A DNA stretch of 64,000 nt from Selaginella moellendorffii (GCF_000143415.4 NW_003314384.1:384816-448815), one strand, 5' to 3'; counted from the stretch's first letter, positions 25,650-39,937 are shown. Translations and numbers: made by a program. Notes: generated by a model not told the origin, from the letters alone.

Positions 25650-27252
25650 ATATCTCTCGACTTCTGGATGATATGATAATGATGCCAAAGCAATCAAACT
25701 TGTCAGTTCCACTAGCATATTATCAGGAAGGTTGTATGTATATCATGAATTCCCTTCATCATCAGCTTCTGGAGCATCACATTCCTTGTAGTAGCATAGG
25801 TTCATTTGAAAATCAGCAGAATCAACTGGAAGATTAGTTAATTCAAGCACTTCCCTTGTGTCCCTCTAGGTATTGTTCACTTTTTTCCTCATGGAAAGAA
25901 TTCGACCAACATATTAAACAAACTTCAAATGACTTCCTTCCAAACCACAATGCACAATCACTCCCAATGCCAAGAGCTGTTTGTGCACTAAGATTTCTTC
26001 CTGGTTCATAAACTGTCAAGTTATTCTTCACCCGTGTGAGCCGGTCTTTGGAGAGAAATGGATTTCCATTTAGCTGAGAAACGATGGTTGACTTGCAGAT
26101 TTTCTTCCTGTCAACCAAAACTGTTGCTTCCACTTTTAATGACTCAGAATCTTCAATATGATGCAGAACAGCATCAAAAGTATGCCTCAGTTCACTTGCT
26201 GCTTCAGTAGCTTCTTCAGTAGCTTCTTCTCCTACTATATGTTCCTCTTCAAACTAATCGACTATATCATCCTCTCTGGAATTTTCTGAAACCTTGTGAA
26301 AATCCTCAAAATCTTCAGGTTTATCCCACCAATCTCTTCCAGATATGCCAAGGCCATGAAGAAGTTCTTGTGCTTTGGCTTTACCCTGAATCAGCTCATT
26401 AACTATCAGAGCATCTGTCTCTACCGAACTGTAATCCCCTAAGTCCGCTACTACTCTCTTCCCATCATGCTCTATCTTTTCCCAAATATTTTCCTGTTTC
26501 CTGTGAGCTTTAGAGAAAAGCAATGTACCTGCTGCCTTGCATTCTGCTAGCATGTTCATATTAGTCACACTATGAACAACATCAGCTCCGTCATAACACC
26601 ATTCATTCCCGATCATTCCTCCTATTTTGGAGAAAAAGTTCTTGCAAATGTCAGAACCAGTTCTATTAATTGGGACTGGCAAATGTGAATGGTGATCCCA
26701 AAAATATCTATCTCAAAAGCAAAATTAACAAAAGAAAAATATATATGAAACATACCTGATTAGAAGGATGACAAAGTGATATGATAATTGAATGTCCAAG
26801 AAGGTTTCCTTGCTGATGAAGTTGTGTTCCAAGTTCCACTTGCTTTCCTTCAGAATCCACAACCTCCATAAACAAAAGAAGAAGGACACCATTGATGCAG
26901 CTCTCACTCGCTCTCCAAGGCTCAAGTACGGGTGCAAAAAGATATCAATATATGATGCCACCACAGCAAGATAAGTTTCGGTCCCCAGCGTACGTGAAGG
27001 TTTTCTATATGTTGTTTCTCGCATAATTGAAAGACAAACTTGCACTGGCCTGCTACAAAGTCACTGAGCAGCACCCCAGTTTTGTTTATCAGAGTGCCTG
27101 ACATCCCCAAGTGGCAGTCTGTGTTTACCATGAAACTTTTCAAAAACTTCCCAAATGTCATTCAAATGCACAAACTCATCCCCTAGAAACAGTTGTCTTA
27201 TTGCACTATGCAATGGACTTCTTCCCATTATGCACATGTATCAAAAGGTTCC
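25650..27252 (+). repeat. Duplicate of 6512-8114
   Basis: Offset 19138; two differences seen, one creating a CGA-to-TGA stop. Confidence 0.95.
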
Positions 27253-30200
27253 CTATTGAGTTCCACTTTCCAGAGAATAGCCACCCTGACCAAGGTATAG
27301 AGTAAGTTCCTGTTGTTGTATCTCCTAGACTCATGTCTTCAAGCATTAGTCTATGGCTTCTCTAATCTCCATCTGATGAATGGCCAATTAGGGGGCCAAC
27401 AACATTGTGAAGGTGCTGCTCCCATATTTGATGGATTGAGTTCCATTGTTGTCGAACATCTGGAGCTGCAAACTGATTACAAGTAAGTTAAATAGAGAGA
27501 ACCAAGCACAACAACTGTCTGTGCAATGGATTAACCATCAACACTCGTGCATAGTGAGCTTTCTCGTTGTCCAGAAAAGCCTGAGTGATCTGTTCATAAC
27601 CTGCTTCTCCATTCCCAACCTTCACGACAAAACTGTTCACACACTTGTGACCCTCCCCCTTCTTTCCACAAAACCCAAGCAAAGCATCATCACGAGCAAT
27701 CCATTTAATCATCCTTTTAATAACTGTTTTGCCTTTTGCAATCAAAACAGGCACACTCCCTAGCTTGAGCTGTAAATTCTCCATCTTGAACTTGTAAACC
27801 TTAGAAAGGTTTTAAAATATCTCAGATTGCAAACCGATTATGTATCTAAAGTTTGTTCTCATGTCATGCTTTGTTGTCGACAAACTCAGCAATCCAAGGT
27901 TCAAGTGAAGGAAGTTGTTAAGCCTGCTCCCCCCCCTCCCCCCCCCCCATTTTTCTTACTCGCAAAATCCATTTTGTGGTTTCATGGTACCTGTTAAGAG
28001 TGTAAGGAAAAAACTTTGAATAAATAAAAAAATACCTCATTCCTTTTTTTTTCCTAGTTATTCCCTGCAGAAAACCCTGCATCACATGAAGAACCATCTC
28101 CTTGCCCTTGAATTTGCCTTGTTGCCAAGCTTCTTTGAGGTCAGAGTTAAATTTTCTGATATCCTTGCGAATGGCGCTTTCCTTCAAAGTTTCTTTTAAG
28201 CTCCGGCAATGAATTGAAAGAGCTGCTATCCTGCATCTTGTGGTTGATAGTTCCAATGCTAGCCTTCTATTCTCTGCTTGCACTAGCCTGCTGCTATCTA
28301 TGTGCTCAGCTGTAGTCATGTAATCAAGTCTCATTCCATGCCTCTTCAATCTTTGTCCTTGTGGTATTGTTGCTTTGCTTTCCCGTAAAGCACGTCCTTT
28401 GAAGTCACTACAAGCTGGTATTGTCATATAAAACTTGCACTGCTTGTTCTTGAATCCACAGATGTTGTTTGTCACTCTTAGACATTGTTTTGATTTGAAT
28501 GTTTTGTTGACAACAACACCATCTGCTACTGCTTTGAAGTTTGGATCATAGAACCAACAACCTCCTTCTTTTACATCTTGGAGAAGAAGATGAAAATTCA
28601 TAGAACTCAAGCCATATTTGTAATCGTTTGCCAGTATCCAAAGCAAAGTCTTTCAATTCCTATCAACATACAACAAATTATACTATACAAGAAATGACAC
28701 TATGTAAAGCATATGAAATGCTACTTACTTGAAGACTCATCTGAAGATGCTATGAAGTTCTGAGAAGAACTGCTTGATGAGGCTCCTTTTCCTAAAAAAA
28801 TTTAAACAACACATATTATTAACTTTACAAAAACTAGAATGCAATTTTTTACCTTGTGTGAAATAGCTAAGGAGGTTTCCTTGTTTATTGTCAGTGTTTG
28901 CAACTTTAGTTGGCCGACCTCCAGTGCTTCTTTCTTGGCCAGCATTCTTGTGCTTATTCCTAGAAATGTGAACCATCAGATTGTTTAGGAGACTCCCAAC
29001 AGGAGGAAAAAGCATTAACGTCTTCTCACAATGCTTGCAATAAACCCAACTGTTATTCCTCCTCTCATAATTTCCTACACTTGGTTCGTCGAGACTGATG
29101 CAAATGTTAGTTCTCATCGCAAAACCTTTCCACGGTTGCATTCATCAACTTCTCCACTTAGTTTTTTATTTCCTCATGACTAGTAAGTTCAGCAGCTTCA
29201 TTAACACCCTCAATAGAACTTTCCACATTATCTTTTTCCTGATCATTTTTCTCCTGCTGCAGCTGCTTTTTCGTGTAGTTTGCTTCATGCTGTGAGACAT
29301 AAATCCCTAAACCCCAAAGTGGAGCCGCAAGGGTGCCGACGTGGTAGTGGCCAAAACAAAAGCCAAACAAGCGTAACACGTTTGGACTAAAAGGCTCCGA
29401 CTTGAAAAGTCGAGAGCGGGAGTGGAACTCCCAACGGAGTGCTCAAGGAATGAGAATGAAGCGAGCAATAAGCAAGGCTCCAAAAGGGGGCCCAAAAGGA
29501 CCAACACATGACACGTGGAAGTGTCCGAGATGGAGTCCGAGATGGACCCGAGTTGGAGTTCGAGATGGAGTTCAAGGTGGACCCGAGATGGAGTCCGAGG
29601 TGGAGCCTGAGATGGAGTCTGAGGTGGAGCTCGAGATGGACCCGAGTTGGAGTCCGAGGTGGAGTCCGAGATGGACCCGAGTTGGAGTCCGATGTGGAGT
29701 TCGAGATGGAGTCTGAGGTGGACCCAAGATGGAGTCCGAGAAGGACCCGAGATGGAGTCCAAGATGGACCCGAGATGGAGTCCGAGATGGACCCAAGATG
29801 GAGTCCGAGATGGAGTCCGAGATGGAGTCCGAGATGGACCGAGACAGAGTCCGAGATTGAGTCTGAGATGGAGTCTGAGGTCAAGACCGAGACCGGGACC
29901 AAGACCGAGACTGAGACTAAGACCGAGACCAAGACCGGGACCGAGACCGAGACCGAGGCCGAGGCCGAGACCGAGCCTGGGCCTGAGGCCGAGTCCGAGT
30001 CCGAGTCCGAGTCCGAGTCCGAGTCTGAGTTCGAGTCTGAGAGGGTGAAAGCCCAAAGCATTCGTCTCCCAAACCCTAGGGGGTTTGGTGAGCTCCAAAA
30101 GTATAGTAAGGGGGAGGACTGCAGTGGGGCCAGTTTGGCTAGGAAAGGCCAGTTTGGCCCAGGAAGACTATACCCCGTGTTGGGTGATGAGCTGCCCACT

Positions 30201-33200
30201 GAGAAGTCCGAGACTAAAGTGAATATGGACCGACAAGCAGGGTAGCTTGGTGAAGTGTTCAAGAGCCGGCTCTAGTTCCCCCGGGAGATCGACTGGCCAA
30301 TGCTCCCAGTCCAAGTGTGGGTGGCACTACCTACTTGGATACCAGGCGTGGCTCAACGGAACCTTGCTCTAAGCCCATGGTTAGAGCACCTAAAGGCGGA
30401 AGGTGGGGAGAGTACCCATGAGGCCCGCGTAGGGCCACAGTGTTCCGAAATGTCGTCCCAAACTCCCAGACTGTGGAAAGGAAGAAGAGCAGTCCTCTGG
30501 AGTAGAGACCAAGGATATAGTCGTGTGGCAAGGAAGTCCCAGAGGACCGTGGGATTTAGTGGTCGGGCCTGTGGGCCTCAATCCAGTGGCAGTGTTGGCA
30601 AACACGGCCATGAGCAGACAGGGACTTGGTGGGGACTAGAAAAAGGATATTGGGGAAGGCTATTCCCCATGTCTGTGGGCATCCTAAGGATGCTAAGGAG
30701 TGGATCTGGGATGATCACTCATGGATGGATGGCCCAGACTTGGAGAGACAGGATTGCAGTGCAGGTGGTGTTAGACCACCGATGTGACCAAAGTGAATGA
30801 GCGTGGCCTAGTGTAATGGGCTCATATATCGGTGGTACCTTGGGGTGTCGGTTATGGGATCGGACACGTGGAGCACTTGGACCAAGTGCAAAGGCTGAAT
30901 GGCATGGATGCCATTCTCGGGGCTAGCAAGCCCCAAGTCTTGAATGGGACTTATGGAGGTTGTGAATGAAACTCCTCCAAGTGGTCAGAGGTGTAGTTAA
31001 GTGACTAAAGTAGAATGGAAAAATTAGTCGCTTACAACTTGGTATCGGAGCTATTCCTTAGTCCGACTCTTATTAGTGGCCAAGTATATCACCACTTGTA
31101 TTGGAACTAGAAGGTCCTAGATATGGACCTATCCTCGAGGAGTAGCATGTCGAGAGGACATGGCTCTCCACTGAAGTTCATGTGTGAACTTGTGCACGAT
31201 ATGGTGGATGGAAAAGGGCCAGTAAGGGAACGACTTTGGGATCTTGGGAACAGTATAAGGGTTTCTTTAGAGAGCTGAGGATGTGATCCAGATGAGTGTT
31301 TGAGGCAACAAATGAGCTAATGTAGTTGTGGTAAACAACTATAGTTGGGATCACGGGAAAGATGCAGACTCCAAGACAATAACGGAGTCACAAGATTACC
31401 CTCATATAGTTAAGGCTGGTGCTCATAACTTTGAGACTGGAATTTGTGACCGTGGGAGGTCAAATACAGAAGAGGACACCAGTCCTTGAAATGGTAGCCG
31501 GGGCTATCTCTAATAAATGCTGGAACAACCCAAGGAGTTGGGGTTGTACTTAAAGATGAGTTGCTATTCTCATCACATGGACAAGTAGTCCTAAGGGGCA
31601 AAGGTTAGCCCCAAGAAAATCATCAAGTGTTGGAGTAACACTTGTAAAGATGGTCGTTATGAGTAGGACATGAATACAAGTTGTATTCTAGCGAGTTGGC
31701 ACCTCAAAAATTAAGACCTTGCAAGTTGTTGGATTTGCAAAGTCCAAAATGCTAGATGACTCAAGTGGAGTCATGGAATGGTCCTAATGGATTAGTTGAA
31801 GCATTTGGACTGAGGTGTATGGTGCCCTATGAGGTATGGGGAAGATCATAAGATCCAAGTATAAGAACAGTAGGTATCTCACTGATGGCAGGATGTGCCA
31901 TACTAAAGTTGTGGGAAAGATGTTCCCAGAAAAAAGCAACTTTGGCCCAGAGTTGGGTGTAAACACTATGGTGCGGTGCTAACGGATAATTAGCATGAGG
32001 AACAACCATATTAGTTTTGGCAAAGACTTAGACATTAAAAGTAATGTCATAAGGATAGATTCGTGGAGCCAATGGTGTGGAGACACCAAATGTGCCAAGG
32101 TGAGATACCCTGAGGTTATGTTGGTGGGTTCATAAGAACCCCTTGCCAAGGGAATCCCAACGGAAATGGGAATAGCATAGCCTAAACTGGAATGCATGCA
32201 GTTAGAGTGTGGTGACCCAAATAATGATGGAGGTGTGGAAGCACCAGCAATGAGTTGTAGGACTTAATAACTATGAGGCAACTAAGCAAAAGGTGCGAAA
32301 TAATTGGTTAAATTGGTAGAAGTTAACTACCTAAGACTTCTTATAGGGATAAGAAAGTTAGATATACCCTTATAGGGGAGAAATTGCTTATGTTGTGAAA
32401 TAGTAAGTCAATGTTGTAAAGGGAATGCTCATTGCTAAAGAGGGCCATCATTGGGACACCCAAACACTCTAAAACACCAGGAAGTGATGTTTGGTGTCGC
32501 AAGGGCATTAGATAAGGCCCAAGGGACTAAGTCCCTAGCAAATTATGGATAGGAGGTGCTATCCAAATGTCCAAGGTTCTGGAAATGGGAGAAATCTGTC
32601 TACCTGATTTGGACATAGCCAAAAATGGGATTTTGGCAAGGCTAGTGATAGGCATATCGAGTCCCATAAGTAGCAACGTTAATCCCGGTGTGTGGGATTA
32701 TAAAGTGAGCATGCCCAGATTGAAGAACCACTCCCTAAGCTATTGGGTAAGTTCATCCCTATGAATATTTGCTAAGGCATGGTAAAAGGTGCAAAGCTAT
32801 CCTCTTAGTCTTGAGGAGAATAACCAAGGGAAACATATGAGGCCAAAAGGCAAGTAGTATTGGGATGGAACGGAACCATAGAAATCAAAGGGCATAACTA
32901 ACGATGGTTATGCAAGTTGGGAGTGGAGAATCAAAAGGGTGCTCAAGGATGTTACTATTAGCAACCATAATGCCATGGAGAGTCTAAAATATGGAATTAT
33001 CCATATTAGACCATGTGGTGAGTAGGGAGCTTGCAAAAGAGAAGCCTTAGCAAGCTAAGAATCAGAGTTCCTTGAAGGTTCCCAAAGACAATTCTGGGTA
33101 GATAAGTACCTAGAAAGCCAAGTGTAAATGGTTCCTAGAGCGCGTGAAATCAGAGTGGCGCAGCAGAAGCGTGGTCTTGAATCTGGCCATAAAGCGAGGC

Positions 33201-36200
33201 TATCAAGGCTGGGGAAGTAGTTCCCAAGTGTACAAAGAGAGGGCTTTGAACGAAAGTCGATGATTAAAAACTTTCAAGCTTATGCATAAACCATGTTACG
33301 ATGGCCGGATGACTTGCTAAGTGAAATTGGCAAGTTGGGGGAATGAATCCCCTAGTTGAAGGTGTTCACTTCAAAGGGGTGGCCCATGGGGCCGAGCATG
33401 GAGGAGTCCATGCATGATCACAGACTTGTCAAGTGAGAGGACTTGGCAGTGCGGAGGAACTAGGTTCCTAAGTTGTGATCTATAGGGCGCTTTAAGTACA
33501 TGTTGGTGCACCAGCGTGGGGAGTCACGCCAGGCATCCGGTGTGACGCCATCCGTAAATGCATATACGAAGATTGGGTTCGAGTCTCGACCCTCTAGTGC
33601 TTGGGTTCGAGTCCCAAATCATTAGGGCGTGGTGATGGTTTGGAATATGAGGACACTCATATTTCGGTGGTCATGGACTCTCAGTGAGGAGATTGATTTG
33701 GGCACACCGCCAAGCGAGGGATGCCTCAGAGTCGTGATGCAGGGTTAGATTGCTTAGAGTGAAAGCTCGGCATATATAACTTGAACACTTCGGTGCAAAG
33801 GGCACCAAGGACATGGTGAATGAGATGGGGACACCCAATCTCAGTTGCTATGGATCCTTGGCCGGAAGGGCTGGCTTGGGCACACCGCCAAGTGTGGGGG
33901 ATGCCCCCGGGGTCATAGTCAACAATTTAAAAGGGTTTGGAAGACTTAGTTCCTATTGATAGACCTATTAAGGGGTCAAGATGAGATCACTAGGTGATCT
34001 TGTGGCTAAACAAGAACAAGGTCTTTGTTTGGGTTAAGGAATGTGATTCCTAGTTCAAAGTGTTAATTTGAATTATTGATAAAGGTGCGGCTTGGTCAAG
34101 GTGACCAAGTGGGAAGAACACTTAAGGGAAATGAGCTATGTCAATGCTATGGCATAGAAAGTCCGAGGAAAGTAGTATCTATAAGAGATCCAAAGGAGGG
34201 TCTCAAAAAGTTGGGCCATGGATAGAGCCCACGATAAAAAATGTTAAAGAGACATACTAGGGGTGAACACCCTCTGGACTTGGCAAAGCAAAGTGTTTGT
34301 TATGGAACCAAAAGGAAACCTTGAAAATGGAAGTAGCGATTCTATGTTGTTGGGTGCAACAATCAAGGATAGGAGCGAAAGACTAGTGGCTAAGAAAAGA
34401 GCCATGGGAATCATGGGAAAGAATCCAAATGGCAAAGTTAGGCCGAGAACACTAATGTGTTGGGTGCTAACGGATTGTGGGAAAGGCAATGTTTTCCCAA
34501 GGGTGGATTCCCAACCGCTCCAATTCGGCGAAAGTGGATGCTCCAAAGGGGGGAGCGGTAAGGTAGCCAAATAATAGGCAGCCCTAGCACCAATTATGAT
34601 AATTGGAACTTAGTGCCAAAGGTGGCACGATATCGAAGAGAGGATGATGGTACCCTCAAGTAAGAACTTCCTAAGATAAGGAAGTGGAGTTGCACCATGT
34701 GCAACGTAAGGTGTTGGAGACACCTAGGAAGTTGACTGTGAGAAGTCAAAATTAAAAGTTCCAAATGCAAAGGTTATGTCCATGGAATTTGAGACTACTC
34801 GAGAATGAGTAGTGGAATTGAGTTAGAGAGGGTGTCTCTAACAAGTTTAGCGGGAACTGAACCAATAAAAGCGAGCAAACCACCCTAAGTGGTCGAGTGA
34901 GTCTCTAGGTTGGAGAGACTATGCTCCTTAGAGGATGGACAAGGCATGGTGAGCCTTCGGGGTCAAACCATAGACAAATACTGGCTGGGTGCCAAGGATG
35001 GGAATGGTAATACCTACGGGTGTTACTTTATAAAAGGGTTTACCATTAGATGAGGACATCGAACTTCATCTATGGGTGGTGGAGTTGTGAGACACAAATC
35101 TCTAAGCCCCAAAGTGGAGCCGAAAGGGTGCCACGTGGTAGTGGCCGAAGCAAAAGCCAAACAAGCGTAACACATTTGGACTAAAAGGCTCTGACTTGAA
35201 AGGTCGAGAGCAGGAGTGGAACTCCCAGTGGAGTGCTCAAGGAATGAGAATGAAGCGAGCAATAAGCAAGGCTCCAAAAGGGGGCCCGAAAGGACCAACA
35301 CATGACACGTGGAAGTGTCCGAGATGGAGTCCGAGATGGACCCGAGTTGGAGTCCAAGATGGAGTCCGAGGTGGACCCGAGATGGAGTCCGAGGTGGAGT
35401 CCGAGATGGACCCGAGTTGGAGTCCGAGGTGGAGTCCGAGATGGACCCGAGGTGGAGTCCGAGGTGGAGTCCGAGATGGAGTCCGAGGTGGACCCAAGAT
35501 GGAGTCCGAGATGGAGTCCGAGGTGGACCCAAGATGGAGTCCGAGATGGAGTCCGAGAAGGACCCGAGATGGAGTCCAAGATGGACCCGAGATGGAGTTC
35601 GAGATGGACCGAGACAGAGTCCGAGATTGAGTCCGAGATGGAATCCGAGATGGAGTCCAAGAAGGACCCGAGATGGAGTCCGAGGTCAAGACCGAGACCG
35701 GGACTGAGACCGAGACCGGGACCGAGACCGAGACCGGGACTGAGACCGAGGCCGAGACCAAGCCCGAGCCCGAGCTCGAGTCCGAGTTTGAGTCTGAGTC
35801 CGAGTTTGAGTCTGAGTTCAAGTCTGAGAGGGTGAAAGCCCAAAGCGTTCGTCTCCCAGACCCTAGGGGGTTTGGTGAGCTCCAAAAGTATAGTAAGGGG
35901 GAGGATTGTAGTGGAGCCAGTTTGGCTAGGAAAGGCTAGTTTGGTCAAGGAAGACTGTACCCCGTGTTGGGTGATGAGCTGCCCACTGGGAAGTCCAAGA
36001 CTAGAGTGAACACAGACTGACAAGCAGGGTAGCTTGGTGAAGTGTTCAAGAGCCGGCTCTAGTTCCCCCAGGAGATCGACTGGCCAATGCTCCCAGTCCA
36101 AGTGTGGGTGGCAATACCTACTTGGATACTAGGCGTGGCTCAACAGATCCTCTCTCTAAGCCCATGGCTAGAGCACCTAAAGGCAGAAGGCGGGGAGAGT

Positions 36201-37388
36201 ACCCATGAGGCCTGCATAGGGCCACAATGTTCCAAAATGTCGTCCCAAAGTCCCAGACTGTGGAAAGGAAGAAGATTAGTCCTCTGGAGTAGAGACCAAG
36301 GATACATTCGTGTGGCGAGGAAGTCCCAGAGGACTGTGGGACTTAGTGGTCAGGCCTGTGGGCCTCAATCCAGTGGCAGTGTTGGCAAACACGGCCATGA
36401 GCAGACAGGGACTTGGTGGGGACCAGAAAAGGGATATTGGGGAAGGCTATTCCCCATGTCTGTGGGCATCCTAAGGATGCTAAGGAGTGGATCTGGGATG
36501 ATCACTCATGGATGGATGGCCCAGTCTTGGAGAGATGGGATTGCAGTGCAGGTGGTGTTAGACCACCGATGTGACCAAGGTGAATGAGCGTGGCCTAGCG
36601 TAACGGGCTCATATATCGATGGTACCTTGGGGTGTCGGTCATGGGATCGGACACGTGGAGCACTTGGACCAAGTGCAAAGGTTGAATGGCATGGATGCCA
36701 TTCTCGGGGCTAGCAAGCCCTAAGTCCTGAATGGGACTTATGGAGGTTGTGAATGAGACTCCTCTAAGTGGTCAGAGGTGCGGTTAAGTGACTAAAGTAG
36801 AATGGAAAAATTAGTCACTTACACATGCCTAGCTCCACTGCAGTGCTTTGAAACGAAATTGTAATAGGTGTCTTTCAGTTCTGCTCCATAAACAATTCCA
36901 CACTCCTAACACATGATTTTGAAGTGAGTGCATCCACCCCGGTCATATGAAAACAATTCAAACTTGTCTTTCCTCCCTTTTGCTCTCATTTTTCTCTCAT
37001 TCTGCTTGAACGATCTCTTCCAGTCATGTATCTCTCTAGCTGAAGCAAGTTTGGAATTCAAACTAGGTAAAAATCCAGTTGGACCTTCTTCATGAGCTTC
37101 ACTAGTTGCTGCTGAAGATTGCCCCTCTTGAATTGGTTCTACTGCTGCAAGATTAAGCATATGAACCAGAACTTCAGCTCCAAAAAATGGATATCTCTCC
37201 TGCCTACATGTCATTGCAAGGGAAAGGGCACCCAAGAAGACAAAATCACTCTTAACAAGACCCTCAATCTCGTCTGAAACAATAGCTTGGCGAAGCTGAT
37301 GATAAGAACACTCCCTTTGAACCCTGACAAAACCCACAGGCTTCTTTTGATCCCCATCCTTTACATACACAATAACATCATGCTCCAT
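25843..37388 (-). pseudogene. Multi-exon P/THAP9-like transposase gene with N-terminal Ubl-like and zinc-finger regions, interrupted by the LTR element 29291-36823
   Basis: Start MEHDVIVYVKDG (37388); a C..C..H..H finger (ECG...SKHCSGARH|EANY) is split exactly at the TSD; second finger YCKHCEK...H....H; GPLIGHSSDGD (~27365-27400); DKQN and D.xxFFS motifs; several stops and frameshifts. Confidence 0.65.
29291..36823 (+). mobile_element. Full-length non-autonomous LTR retroelement (LARD-like): 5' LTR 29291-31036, 3' LTR 35086-36823, ~4 kb internal region without recognisable gag/pol
   Basis: TG...CA LTRs; TSD CATGC on both sides; PBS TGGTATCGGAGC (tRNA-iMet type) at 31040-31051; purine-rich PPT at ~35073-35085; no long internal ORF. 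Confidence 0.92.
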
Positions 37389-38083
37389 ACCTACCACACC
37401 TGAGATATATTGCCCTCTACAGCCTGCTACTATAGAGAGCCCTAGAGGAGCTCTACCTCCTCCCCTACCCGTACGTATGAAATTTTTCAAATTAAACTCA
37501 ACCCTAAGGCCTATATGTATACATATGGTTTGCACCCAAAATAACCCTAATCCATACATGCAGATGATATATACAGTTATATAAGAGTGACCACCCCGAG
37601 GCTTTTGTATGAGTGGAGAGCCTGTAGTTAGCCCACGGCTTGAAAGTATAACTGCTGATGAGGATAATTTAAATACCATGCTAATCCTTGTGGTGGGTGC
37701 TATTTGCCTTATATATCTGACAGTGTTCTGGAATTATATGCTTTAACAATTTTGCTAGCTACCCTATCTTGAAACCCTAACAATATTAGAACCAGAGGCG
37801 AACCCACAACCGCATTAGGGACCGCACAATCTTCATCTGACGGCCTAGTCTTTTAGAACTCAATTATAAACACAAGAGACAACTCAGCCACACTTTTGTT
37901 TGTTTAAGCGATTTTACAGTTTTGTATTGCTTGCTCCTTGGTGGAGTATGCTATGGAGCGAGTGGTGGTGATGGTGGACGTGTGACATTTGATCGCGCAG
38001 CTATGGCTGTGCTCTGGAGAGCTTGGTGTGCAGGATCTTGGCCATGGTAAGCAGCAGCAACACAATGTGGGCATTCACCTTCC

Positions 38084-39347
38084 TTGATTTGCTCACGTCT
38101 GGGCATCGACGAGTGTGCTCGGGAGAGCTGGGATGCCGCCACAAGAAACAAGCATAGCATCAAGGCATTCTGGGATTGCATGGACAAGCTATTACTGGGA
38201 GATGCTCAGGAAGATCACGCTGCTGCTGCTCCTCTCCATGGCTGGGAATTCCACATCGCGAATGCATTGCTACTGCTTCTCACTGCTTACTCGTAAGATC
38301 CGCTGCTCCTCGACGACAATGATGATCGCGGGAAGTTGATGCTGCTACCCATCACCCGCCCGAGCTTGTTGCTAGTGCTGTCCACGGTGCCATCCCGGCA
38401 AGAGCTCCATGCATTCCTCTCACGTCCTCGGACACAGCTGGGCTTCCTGAAGAAGAGCAAAGAATTGCTTCTCTCCATAAGCTCTTGCAAAAGAAGAACG
38501 TACATGCCCTTTGGTTCCAGCCGCCGGGAGAAGCCACCGCCTTGATGGATTTGCTCCAAGCTGTCAAGAGCTCCTCCTCCTCTTCCTGGGGTTTCTCGTC
38601 CGTGGACACCTTCCTCATCGCCACCCTTGTCATGCCACACCGTCTCCTCCTTCCAGTGCTTTTGCTGCCACTAGTTTTCGCACGCACCACCCATACTACT
38701 CCTCCGGCCAAGCTCTGTGTGTGCATCTCGGACAAGCACCGCTTTGTGTGTCACGTTGGCATCACATCACTGGGTGAGAGCACAAGTTTGGATGAGCACG
38801 GGTGTTCCAAGATTCATCTTGCTGTCACTGTCGTGCTTCCACACAGCAATCGAACTGTGGCCTCAGTGCAGCAGCAAAGAGTAGTTGAGACATATGTCAT
38901 GTACCAGCATCGGCAAAGGAGCAGGGTCGGCAAGGAACTGGAAGCGCGAGATGCGAGTTGCTACAATGGCTTGAGCACTTGCCCGAGGAGCTCGTCTGCC
39001 GGCAGCAGCATGAGCTCAGCTTGACCCTGCTCTTCCTGGCATGTCAAGTTGCTGTTGCTCTCATGGATATGGAGGTTACACAGGGTGGGATGACGAGACA
39101 GGTGAAAGGATTTCTGGAGCCACTGTGCATCTCATCGGCCATGTTATGTATAGTCACAGGAAAACACGCTCTCACCAGCGCAAGAGTTTCAAATGCCTTG
39201 GACAATGCAAAGCAACCATCCACACGGCTGCTCTCAGGTAGCTGGAATGAGGCGTGGGGCTGGTGTATGAAGTTGCTGGTCCAGAATGCAAGGATTGACT
39301 GGATGGACCCAGTATTCAAAGAGTCCATGTACCCAGGAGTTAGTTGA
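38084..39347 (+). pseudogene. Fragmented coding-like sequence of unknown family
   Basis: Chain of stop-interrupted ORFs; part is duplicated in inverted orientation at 12989-13564; no recognisable motif. Confidence 0.25.
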
Positions 39348-39937
39348 TTCCAAGTACGGATGGGTCTTTAGATCTGTTGATAAAGCATCTCAGGAATGTA
39401 CCTTTTGGCATGTGCTGCCACAATGCATCTACCACCAAGGGCTCTTGCAAGATTATATAGTGAATCTTTGTTGTAATTGACAAACCGGGAGCTTGAGCTT
39501 CATTATCGGTGACTCCTCTAACTATTGGTGCAAAAGGTTTGGCTCCATCACTGCTCCCAAGGAAAGTTGCAATACCACAGTCTACAAGAGTCATGCCCCT
39601 CTGAATCATGGTTCATGAAATATGCATGAAGGATGATCACTGAAACAGGCCGAGAACCTGGGGTCCATCACTTTTGAGAGATGAAGTAGGTTTCCTGTGG
39701 AACGATCCTGAGATGGCAAGCTTTATGGAAGATCTGATATTTACTTACTATCTCTTAGGTTAGACAGAATGATGTGATATTGTGATATTTAGGTTCAATC
39801 TCCATAATGTACTCCTCAATAGCGGTTGAGAGAAGTCTTCTCCTTCCTGTGTAGGTGGAGATAACAGCTAGCATGTCTAGTCGACTAACATCTATAAACC
39901 TTACCATGAATGCTTGGATATTGCTGCCATCAAACCC

